Origin: a virus
Direction: 5' to 3' (one strand)
IMG/VR virus record: IMGVR_UViG_3300027749_000055
Coordinates: 1 to 64,000 of that record
Length of the DNA: 64,000 nt
Shown: positions 9,649 through 16,985 of the stretch, in pieces
Layout: every line of letters begins with the position of its first letter
Position numbering within the stretch: position 1 is the stretch's first letter
Program-made: the position numbers and the translations under genes
Notes under the pieces: generated by a model
Told to the model about the DNA's origin: nothing
The model's database searches: none
The model's input: the letters and a program-made list of their open reading frames with translations, nothing else

Positions 9649-9777
9649 TTAGTCGCAGCAAGAATCCCGCCACCCACACTTGCGACACTTGAAGTGGGCG
9701 TGTTCGGGGGTGAGTTCAGAACCACAATGCGGGCACTCGGTGAAACAGGCAAGCGAATTATTTGTTCTTTCGGTCAC
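9649..9777 (-). CDS. CPxCG-type zinc-ribbon microprotein (42 aa)
   Basis: Hand translation ...ECPHCGSELTPEHAHFKCRKCGWRDSCCD*; GTG start. Confidence 0.65.
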   Translation of the reverse strand: MTERTNNSLACFTECPHCGSELTPEHAHFKCRKCGWRDSCCD

Positions 9778-9982
9778 GAAACCACTTCACCAAGTTGCGG
9801 GAGTAAACAATACCGTAGAAGAGTCCGAAAAAATCAAAGCCGTATTGGTGGCTAACGACTCCGTAGATAAGCCACAAGCACAAATTGAATAATACAACTA
9901 GCCAACTCCACCAATACTTACGTCCAATTAGAAACGAACCGCAGACACCGATTCCCTCTAGAACCCACGACCACAGTTGCAT
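9758..9982 (-). CDS. PnuC-like small membrane protein
   Basis: 3 TM segments; GRKYWWSW...QYGF pattern. Confidence 0.6.
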   Translation of the reverse strand: MQLWSWVLEGIGVCGSFLIGRKYWWSWLVVLFNLCLWLIYGVVSHQYGFDFFGLFYGIVYSRNLVKWFRDRKNK

Positions 9983-10726
9983 TTAGTAGTCGTAGTCGTA
10001 ATCGTCGTAATCGTCGGGTTCCCTAAAGTTGTCGTCTTCTCGACTCTCTTCTGCGTAATCTGTTGCCCTTCCTTCAATCCAAGAGTCAGAGTAGCCTTTT
10101 CCGCCGCCCGTGTAAGCAAAGTGCAACGCTTGTCCAGCCGTGCAGATTGGAACTCGCTCGCCCTTGGTGTTGTCTCCGAAGACCCAACTGTTAGGGGTAA
10201 GTTCCTTTGGTGCGTCTTCTTCCTTGCCCGATTGAGAAAAAGAAAAGTTGGTAAAACCCTTAATCAACGACTCGGCTCGAACCGCATAAGCACCTTTGGT
10301 TTCGTATTTTCCGTCATTGGCAAGGTCGGTCATAATGCTGTTGATTTTGTCGGGCAAAGAAAACTTGTAGTCCACCCGTGCTGTGCGCTCGTCGTCTAAG
10401 AAAACTTCGTAGTCATCGACCTCCACGTCTCCGGCGGGATACATAGTGTATGCGTCGTAGTTTTCGTCCTTGTTGGGGTCAAGGTAGCCCCTGCGCTCGT
10501 TGCTTGAAAACTCGTAATACTCCACATTGCCGTTGTTTTCCTTGACGGTTTGAACTGCCGGTATGGGCATCTTGCGACCAATTGCTTGACGGTAGCGAGA
10601 CAACTCGCTGTTTGCTTCAATTCTGAAGTCTTCCTTGTGGCGACCACTGCCCGGCCCGCCTTTGACGACGGGGTAGGTGCTGGCGTTCGGTAGCAGTGCG
10701 TCAGTTGAGAATGGGTTGTTGCTCAT
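9983..10726 (-). CDS. leader/KGG-motif acidic protein
   Basis: MSNNPFSTDALL...VVK|GGPGSGRH; D/E/Y-rich, ends DDYDDYDYDY. Confidence 0.8.
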   Translation of the reverse strand: MSNNPFSTDALLPNASTYPVVKGGPGSGRHKEDFRIEANSELSRYRQAIGRKMPIPAVQTVKENNGNVEYYEFSSNERRGYLDPNKDENYDAYTMYPAGDVEVDDYEVFLDDERTARVDYKFSLPDKINSIMTDLANDGKYETKGAYAVRAESLIKGFTNFSFSQSGKEEDAPKELTPNSWVFGDNTKGERVPICTAGQALHFAYTGGGKGYSDSWIEGRATDYAEESREDDNFREPDDYDDYDYDY

Positions 10727-10768
10727 ACCCTAAACAATACACCCCACCTGCGACACAGCGGTTGATAG

Positions 10769-11152
10769 TTACTCGTCCTGAAGAATCCTGTCCAACGTGG
10801 CGTTGAGTTCGTCCTGTTGCCCCTTTCCATTCTTTACGCCGTCCTGCACCATTTGGTTCAGGCGGTTGATGTTGTGCTGGTAGTTGGCTTTGATTACGTC
10901 GTAAGCGTCGCTGGTGGTCTGTGAGAGGACGGCTGAAGCCACCGCCATTTCTTCGTCGGTCATTTCGCCCGCCAGCCATTTCTTCGTAATCTCGCCCGCC
11001 CGTAGAGCGTGATTCACGGTCACTTGGTGACGGTCATACTTGGCGTGGTTCTCGAACATTTCCTCGACTTGTGCGATGAGGTAGCCCAACTTCTCGGCTT
11101 CGTGTTGAATCGAGGCAATGAGCGACGGGTCTGGATACTGAGGCTTATTCAC
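10769..11152 (-). CDS. hypothetical helical protein
   Basis: ORF in minus-strand operon. Confidence 0.65.
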   Translation of the reverse strand: MNKPQYPDPSLIASIQHEAEKLGYLIAQVEEMFENHAKYDRHQVTVNHALRAGEITKKWLAGEMTDEEMAVASAVLSQTTSDAYDVIKANYQHNINRLNQMVQDGVKNGKGQQDELNATLDRILQDE

Positions 11153-11369
11153 TGCAAATCCGAATCACTAACTCTGAGGTGACGTGATACTTCTTCGCCA
11201 CGTCTGCGGGGTCTTCACCCTTGGTCACAAGCCGACGAATTGCCTCAATTGTCCTGTGTCGTGAGTCCTGTCCACCACAGCCTCGACACTTGCCTCGATA
11301 CGGGATTTCACTATCCACCCATTCGGGCGGGCGGGAATCCACAAGGTCGTGGGGGTAAATCAACTTCAC
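11145..11369 (-). CDS. small CxxC + HTH-like protein
   Basis: CRGC, then GEDPADVAKKYHVT HTH-like pattern. Confidence 0.55.
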   Translation of the reverse strand: MKLIYPHDLVDSRPPEWVDSEIPYRGKCRGCGGQDSRHRTIEAIRRLVTKGEDPADVAKKYHVTSELVIRICSE

Positions 11370-11427
11370 CGAGCCAACCGATACTCGTTACGGTTCTGGG
11401 CGGCTCGGATTGAGCGAACGTCCTGCA

Positions 11428-11649
11428 TTAGCGGTTGCGAGCCTTCTCTAAGCGGTTGATTTCGTCGTTGATGTAGAAGATTGCCTTTTTCAAGTCCTCA
11501 ATGTGCCTTTGGTCGTCCTTGATACCGGCTCGCCACAAATACTTGATTGCGTTTCCAATGTTGAAATTCCGGTGACGGGTCACTTCGATACATTCAATCC
11601 CCGACGGGTCGCTTGTGTAATGTGCGGGGTGATTTACAAAGTCTTTCAC
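11428..11649 (-). CDS. DUF3310 family protein
   Basis: VNHPAHY...IECI...GNAIKYLWRAG.K...EDLKKA signature. Confidence 0.85.
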   Translation of the reverse strand: MKDFVNHPAHYTSDPSGIECIEVTRHRNFNIGNAIKYLWRAGIKDDQRHIEDLKKAIFYINDEINRLEKARNR

Positions 11650-11790
11650 TTTTTCTCCTTCAGTGTTGCCAACAATACCGAAATTGGGGTTAGCAAATTG
11701 GCGTTTACCGCAACTCTTTTAGGGTCGCCATTGTAAGCGGTTCCAAGGGGGTAAAGGTCGCTGGCAAACCCCCCACCCAATCGGAAACAT

Positions 11791-11997
11791 TCATTTGGGG
11801 TCTTCGTAAATCAACGGATACAAAATTTCTACGACGGATTCGTGTTCGAAGAACTTTGCGGTCATTAGTGCCCTTTCCACACCGTCCACCAACTCTTTGA
11901 TTCGAACCTTCATTTTGGCTTCACGGACGCAGTGTGGGCAATAATCCTCACTCCAACCGTGCGGGCAATCAGGAGGGGAGGCGGTTCGCTCGGTCAT
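11791..11997 (-). CDS. hypothetical protein (CPH...CPHC)
   Basis: ORF in operon. Confidence 0.55.
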   Translation of the reverse strand: MTERTASPPDCPHGWSEDYCPHCVREAKMKVRIKELVDGVERALMTAKFFEHESVVEILYPLIYEDPK

Positions 11998-12067
11998 CTG
12001 CCAAACTGCCAGCCCGCCATAATGCAGAGCAAACCCGCCAACACAGCAACAACCAACGCTGCCGTGT

Positions 12068-12304
12068 TCACGGTGCGGGTTTCTCAGCGAGAGCCTCTAG
12101 CCCCTTACGGATACAAACGTCTACGCCATCTCCGTAGCGGTGCTGAAAGCGTGTCGTGTAGTCCCAGAACGGGGTATCCCCGAAAGCGGTTTCCATTATG
12201 ACGTAGGTGTTGAGGTCGTCTGCGTCCGTGCCACCCGATTCCCGCCCAATGTGCAAAGACTTGATTGGAAGGTCGTTTACTCGAACGTCGATGTGAATGG
12301 ACAT
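12068..12304 (-). CDS. hypothetical protein
   Basis: Start MSIHIDVRVN overlaps upstream stop; HRYGDG..VC motif. Confidence 0.6.
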   Translation of the reverse strand: MSIHIDVRVNDLPIKSLHIGRESGGTDADDLNTYVIMETAFGDTPFWDYTTRFQHRYGDGVDVCIRKGLEALAEKPAP

Positions 12305-12501
12305 TACTTGGCGGCGACAACCACGGGTCGAATCGCAACAAGATAAAAAACCGCTGCGAAAATGCCGAAGAGGAAAATCAGAATCGCCCACAGAGCCTTG
12401 CTCTTACCAGCCTTGGCGTAAGCCGTGCTGGGCTGAACGAGCGAGTCAATAAACGAGCCAATTGTCACAATGGCAACAAACAAAATAATAAACGAGTCCA
12501 T
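12304..12501 (-). CDS. DUF2516-like membrane protein
   Basis: AYAKAGKSKALWAIL...YL..IRP resembles actinobacterial DUF2516; own promoter 12527-12556. Confidence 0.6.
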   Translation of the reverse strand: MDSFIILFVAIVTIGSFIDSLVQPSTAYAKAGKSKALWAILIFLFGIFAAVFYLVAIRPVVVAAK

Positions 12502-12645
12502 AGCCCCCCCCTGATTGGTTGCACCCACTCTACCAGAGTTGATGATTTGTGGTCAAGTGTTATTTGCCCCTAGCCCAAAATCCAGCAATAAACCCAGTGG
12601 TGCTAGAAATGAATGAGGAAAGCACGACGATAGCGGTGTGCGACA

Positions 12646-12807
12646 TTAGTTCTCCCTTTGTTGAATGTTGTAAGCGATAAGCAGGGCTTCGGCAAAACCC
12701 TGAGCAAAGCCGTTTTCATAGTCACTCTGCTTGGCTAACGCCAACTTGGTGTGGTGACGTGCTTCGTTTGAGAGAACCTCGACTGCTTCATTTAATTTTT
12801 TGCCCAC
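12646..12807 (-). CDS. hypothetical protein
   Basis: YENGFAQGF pattern; start uncertain. Confidence 0.45.
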   Translation of the reverse strand: MGKKLNEAVEVLSNEARHHTKLALAKQSDYENGFAQGFAEALLIAYNIQQREN

Positions 12808-13021
12808 GACCGTCCTTTCGCCATTCGACTGCGTTGCGAAAGTATATAACTTGATAAACGCAAGACGCAAGCAAAAATCCGTATTGTTTACTTATCACGG
12901 AGTAAACAATCCACGTCACGTTGTAAAACGACATTACGACCCACGCCCACCAATAACGTTTGCCCGTCAGGTAGGTTCCCGTCAAACCCATAATGCTCAA
13001 AATCCACGACCACAGTTTCAT
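12788..13021 (-). CDS. PnuC-like small membrane protein (paralog of 9758-9982)
   Basis: MKLWSW...GKRYWWAW...QYGF. Confidence 0.6.
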   Translation of the reverse strand: MKLWSWILSIMGLTGTYLTGKRYWWAWVVMSFYNVTWIVYSVISKQYGFLLASCVYQVIYFRNAVEWRKDGRGQKIK

Positions 13022-13527
13022 ACGCTTGGTGTCCATAATTCCCCGTTGCGGAGAATCGGCGGAATATCGTCAATCGGCTGGTCGAGGGTGATGACCCTGA
13101 TATTTGTTTCTGCAAACATTTGCTCGGCGGACTCGATACTGTCGTCCCAATGCGAGTTGTGGTGTGGCGAATTGTAGCGCACCACGGTTGTAATGCCCGC
13201 TTGAATAATTGCACGGGCGCAGTCGTGGCACGAAGCCCAAACCGCCACCATTGTCGCCCCACGGGTAACAAGACCGTTTCGGGCGGCTTGATAAATCACA
13301 TTGCGCTCGGCGTGTTCGACAAAGTGATACTTGGTTGGGCGTTGCCACCGCTCGGAAGATTTCACTACGTCATTTGGAAAATCGTTCACCGCCAAAGCGA
13401 ACAAATCGTTGCCGCCGTAAGTCAAACAAGCCGCATTTTGCGTCGAGGGGTCAGGGCTTTGCGCCGCCAAAAGCAGAACATATTTCATTTGCGGGTAAAA
13501 ACCGCCTAGTTCCTGCGCCGTAGCCAT
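13018..13527 (-). CDS. dCMP deaminase-like protein
   Basis: SPDPSTQ, HAERN, CxxC (CHDC) zinc-deaminase motifs. Confidence 0.85.
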   Translation of the reverse strand: MATAQELGGFYPQMKYVLLLAAQSPDPSTQNAACLTYGGNDLFALAVNDFPNDVVKSSERWQRPTKYHFVEHAERNVIYQAARNGLVTRGATMVAVWASCHDCARAIIQAGITTVVRYNSPHHNSHWDDSIESAEQMFAETNIRVITLDQPIDDIPPILRNGELWTPSV

Positions 13528-13561
13528 TTCCAAATGGTAACAGGGTTGGGTGGTAAAAAAA

Positions 13562-13828
13562 TTATTCACCAACGGTGGCGGACAACGAATCTGGGTCGTC
13601 CAAATCACAATGTTGAGCGTTGGTGCGAAGGTGCTTCCAAACGCCCTTTGGCATAACGACACAACCACCGCAGTTTACGCACGTCTTGGCGTATTTTGCC
13701 ACCCACGTTCGAATAAAAGCAGAGACAGCCCCAGAAGCGTATTCTTCCACGCTGACGTTTGTTTCCTTCGCCGCCGTTTCGAGAAATGTGTATTCTTCTT
13801 CAGTTAGGTCAATAACAAATGTGCCCAC
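13562..13828 (-). CDS. ribbon-helix-helix-like protein with CxxC tail
   Basis: FVIDLTEEEY..LE.AA pattern; CVNC. Confidence 0.55.
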   Translation of the reverse strand: MGTFVIDLTEEEYTFLETAAKETNVSVEEYASGAVSAFIRTWVAKYAKTCVNCGGCVVMPKGVWKHLRTNAQHCDLDDPDSLSATVGE

Positions 13829-13849
13829 GGCTTACAGAATACCCTTTGA

Positions 13850-14272
13850 TTATTTCAAGTCGAGTGTTGCAAAACGACAGAGCGACAGGGGAATCTCCAC
13901 AAAATCTTCTTCGCTTGTGTAGATTGTGCGCTTCTTCACAATCTTGGCGGTAGTGAAATCTTCTCCCCGCACCGCAAGAAAACGGGTTCGCTCGTCATTG
14001 AGCATAAGAAAATGATGGTTTGGCAAGGCAAACTTCAGTTTTCGGGCGGCAAAGTGAACGGCAGAGTACGGAAATGTATTTCCCTTCCAACTGTGCTTGA
14101 CTTCGACTTCCCAGCCAAACGTTTTACCACCACGGGTTCCGAGTAGGTCAATGCCGTAATCGTCGGGATTTACCCACGCTTCGTAGCCTTTGACTTCGAG
14201 CCACGCAATCACTTGGTGCTTTGCCCCGTCATCAGCCTCATACAGCGAAGGACTGAAGGGCTTGGAAACCAT
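13850..14272 (-). CDS. PD-(D/E)xK-type nuclease-like protein
   Basis: YGIDL...EVEVK motif. Confidence 0.65.
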   Translation of the reverse strand: MVSKPFSPSLYEADDGAKHQVIAWLEVKGYEAWVNPDDYGIDLLGTRGGKTFGWEVEVKHSWKGNTFPYSAVHFAARKLKFALPNHHFLMLNDERTRFLAVRGEDFTTAKIVKKRTIYTSEEDFVEIPLSLCRFATLDLK

Positions 14273-14321
14273 TTTGCCACACTACCACGGTTGGTGACTG
14301 CGTGTTGTAATTACGTCGTTG

Positions 14322-15515
14322 TTATTCCGCTACAACCGCAGTAATTGGGATACCGAGACGGTGCAGGGCTTCGTTGGGCATTTCGACACCCTCGACCCAC
14401 TCTTCGTAAATGCTCTCTGGGGCGGAAAAACCGTAATCGCCCACCTTGAATTTTACCTTTGGTTGCTTGGGCGTGGATTCACGACCTTCCAAAACCTCAG
14501 TGAAATCTTCGTCGTCAAAGCCCGTGCCCTCCAGCGAATCAAGGCTCTTTAGAACGCTACCGAGTAGGTCGTTGTCGTAGGTTGCTTTGTCCGCCGTGCG
14601 GTTATCCGCTAGAACAATTTTGGCAGCCGCCACTTCGTCCACGTCCACCCAAACCACAGCAATTTCTGTCCACCCAAGGGCTGAGGCGGCGGCGGCGGTA
14701 TGGTTGCCCTTCAAAATCTCGTTGGTGCGTCGGTTTACAACTACGGGGCGATACTGCCCCAAAACCCGCAAAGACTCGCTCACAGCCCCTATATCGCCCT
14801 CACGGGGGTTCTTGTGGTATCGGCGTAGTTCCGAGAGGGGGACAAGTTCTGTGGCTTCCAGCGTGTATTCAGCGGGTTTAGAGGTCTTTGCTTCCTTGGC
14901 TTCCTTGGGCTTTGGCGGGCGAGGTTCCTTGGGAACGTCAAGTCGTGCCCGCAGTTCCTTGTTGATGGCGGCTTTTTTGTCCCCCACAACCTCGATAATG
15001 GAGTTCAACCAGATTTCGTGGAGTTCGTGGTCGAGTTGCGCCCGCCACGCCCCAATGCGAATTGGAACATTGAGGTTCTCGATTTCGTCGGTTTCGTTTT
15101 TGGGCTGGGAAACGCCTCCGCCGGACGATTCGGACTCAGATTCCAATTCTTCCAGTATTGACGGGTCGTAGCCAGTTCCTTCGAGGTCGGGCAGTTCCCG
15201 CAAAAGGTCAATCAGGTATTGGTTGTTGTAGGTGGCAATGTCCGAAGTGCGGTTGTCGGTAATAAGTACCCGCAGAGCGTCACTTTCCGAGCCTTCGTAG
15301 CGAGTAATGGCGACTTCCTTCCAGCCCAACGACTTTGCCGCCTTCCAAGTGTGCGTTCCGGCAATGATTATGTCGTTCCACACAACCACGGGTGAGTATT
15401 GCCCATTGACGGTGAGTGATTCGGCAATCGCCGCCACGTCGCCCATACGGGGGTTTGAGGGGTGGGGCTTGATTGAGTCAATGGCGACTTTTTCCGCCCG
15501 AACGTTGATAGCCAT
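14322..15515 (-). CDS. protein with two tandem ParB/Srx-like domains
   Basis: Two copies of NPRxGD..A..ESL...GQY.PVVV...G(T/N)HT..AA..LGW.E...DNRT. Confidence 0.85.
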   Translation of the reverse strand: MAINVRAEKVAIDSIKPHPSNPRMGDVAAIAESLTVNGQYSPVVVWNDIIIAGTHTWKAAKSLGWKEVAITRYEGSESDALRVLITDNRTSDIATYNNQYLIDLLRELPDLEGTGYDPSILEELESESESSGGGVSQPKNETDEIENLNVPIRIGAWRAQLDHELHEIWLNSIIEVVGDKKAAINKELRARLDVPKEPRPPKPKEAKEAKTSKPAEYTLEATELVPLSELRRYHKNPREGDIGAVSESLRVLGQYRPVVVNRRTNEILKGNHTAAAASALGWTEIAVVWVDVDEVAAAKIVLADNRTADKATYDNDLLGSVLKSLDSLEGTGFDDEDFTEVLEGRESTPKQPKVKFKVGDYGFSAPESIYEEWVEGVEMPNEALHRLGIPITAVVAE

Positions 15516-15539
15516 ACAGCAAGGCTACCCCCCTTAGAT

Positions 15540-15610
15540 AAAAAAGAGGGGTGGCACGACAACGAGATAGGAGGAACCTATTGCGTGTCTGTTTGCCCCG
15601 CTGCCGTGCC
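15540..15610 (-). ncRNA. putative anti-SD small RNA 2
   Basis: TTGCAG-N17-TACACT promoter (15645-15617); 14-bp stem 15610-15597/15566-15553 enclosing GGTTCCTCCTAT; T-tract end. Confidence 0.55.
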
Positions 15611-15657
15611 GATAACAGTGTATCAGGGTTGAGTACCAACTGCAAGTTATTTATTAG

Positions 15658-15729
15658 CACGGGGGCAAGGACTCGAACCCTGAATGGCAGAGCCAAAATC
15701 TGCTGTGTTGCCAATTACACCACCCCCGT
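15658..15729 (-). tRNA. tRNA-Gln (TTG)
   Basis: Cloverleaf: ACGGGGG/CCCCCGT acceptor, GCAGA-TTTTGGC-TCTGC anticodon arm, GGTTCGAGTCC T-arm. Confidence 0.9.
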
Positions 15730-15751
15730 AAGGCTTGTTCAGTGTATCGCC

Positions 15752-16717
15752 TTAGCGACGGGGGTAATTGGATAATGAACGAAGAAGGTCGTCGGTAAAA
15801 AAGGACTTTTTGGTGTCTTGCGGAACGGTTGTGATTTCCTGCAGTTTCACGCCCTTCTCCTTGTCCCACGTCAAGCCCAACTTCACGGCGTTATCCCACG
15901 TCGTGTTGATTTCGTAGACCGGCAGACGCATTGAGGGGTTCAAAATGTGCATTGCGATAGCCGCAGCCCAATTGTGGTGTCCGTCGAGAACGTGACCGTC
16001 CGAGGTGACAAGGATTCGCTGGTCGTCGGGGTAGCCACCCTTCTTCAAATACGATTCCAAAATTCCACCAGCCTTACGCCCGTTGATTTCTTTCTGAATA
16101 GGCTTTAGGTCTTCGGGGTTCACTTCTTTTTTAGTGAAAGTAATGCCGTGCTTGTCGCCCAGCCATTTCAAAAACTCAGGACGCTCGTTTGATTCAATTT
16201 GTGGCATTTTGATTCGGGCAAAGCCCTTGCCATTGTGTCCAATGAGATATGTGCCCATAAGACGCAGTTCGGTAATGTCGAGCGGTGACTTTCCGCCGAG
16301 GTGCGCCATTGCTTTGATAATGTCGGGAAATGACGTGCGTGTAATTTCGGGGTCACGACCACGCCTCAATGCACGGGCGATATTGGAAGCCATTTCCTTT
16401 ATTTCTTCGGGCGTTTTACCAGCCGTTGTGTGTGGGCCGTGTTCCGGTTGCTTGCGATTAGCGGGAGTTTTGGAATTCGGATTGGTCTTCGGTGCTTTAA
16501 GTCCGTTTCTACTAGCGGGGGCAGGCTTGGGCTTTGCCTCCGTTTTCGGTTGAGGCATTTCCTCACGGGTGGACTGATAACGGTCTTCGGAAACTTGATT
16601 ACGGGCTGGGTCGGATTGACGCTCAGGTTGAGCCGTGGTGTGCCCCTTGACACCAGACCCCTCGCCACCCTTGGCGACGTGCGACAAAAGACTGTCGATA
16701 GAGAATGGCGTTTTCAT
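15752..16717 (-). CDS. leader/KGG-motif protein with ParB/Srx-like domain
   Basis: Start re-called at MKTPFSIDSLLSHVAK|GGEGSG; LKPIQ...ILVTSDGHVLDGHHNW. Confidence 0.8.
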   Translation of the reverse strand: MKTPFSIDSLLSHVAKGGEGSGVKGHTTAQPERQSDPARNQVSEDRYQSTREEMPQPKTEAKPKPAPASRNGLKAPKTNPNSKTPANRKQPEHGPHTTAGKTPEEIKEMASNIARALRRGRDPEITRTSFPDIIKAMAHLGGKSPLDITELRLMGTYLIGHNGKGFARIKMPQIESNERPEFLKWLGDKHGITFTKKEVNPEDLKPIQKEINGRKAGGILESYLKKGGYPDDQRILVTSDGHVLDGHHNWAAAIAMHILNPSMRLPVYEINTTWDNAVKLGLTWDKEKGVKLQEITTVPQDTKKSFFTDDLLRSLSNYPRR

Positions 16718-16755
16718 ACCCCCAAGGATACAGAACGATTTTTGAAATCCAATTG

Positions 16756-16828
16756 TGGAGAGTAAGGGACTCGAACCCTTGACCCCCTGCTTGCAAAGCA
16801 GGTGTTCTACCAACTGAACTAACTCCCC
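16756..16828 (-). tRNA. tRNA-Ala (TGC)
   Basis: GGGGAGT acceptor, CCTGC-TTTGCAA-GCAGG anticodon arm, GGTTCGAGTCC T-arm. Confidence 0.92.
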
Positions 16829-16955
16829 AAATTCGTCACATCACTCTAGCAACCCTGTTATTGTTCTTCTCGCCGTCAAATAACACGGTCTTCGCTGGAA
16901 AGTCTGGCGTTGTAATCAAACTGAAGCAATCCGACACTGCAAAGGTTTAACGATT

Positions 16956-16982
16956 TACCCCCACTGCAAAGTGGGGGTTTTT
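16956..16982. terminator. intrinsic terminator hairpin
   Basis: ACCCCCAC-tgcaaa-GTGGGGGT followed by TTTT. Confidence 0.6.
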
Positions 16983-16985
16983 CGT

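Noticed and set aside
15551-15775. Plus-strand ORF following AGGAGG at about 15569
   Set aside because: Runs antisense through tRNA-Gln; promoter, G-U pairs and T-tract favour a minus-strand RNA
16718-16813. ORF-track N-terminal extension MVEHLLCKQG...
   Set aside because: It is a translation of the tRNA-Ala gene; the likely start is 16717. Extensions to 2476, 5232, 13668 and 21513 were trimmed likewise for overlap
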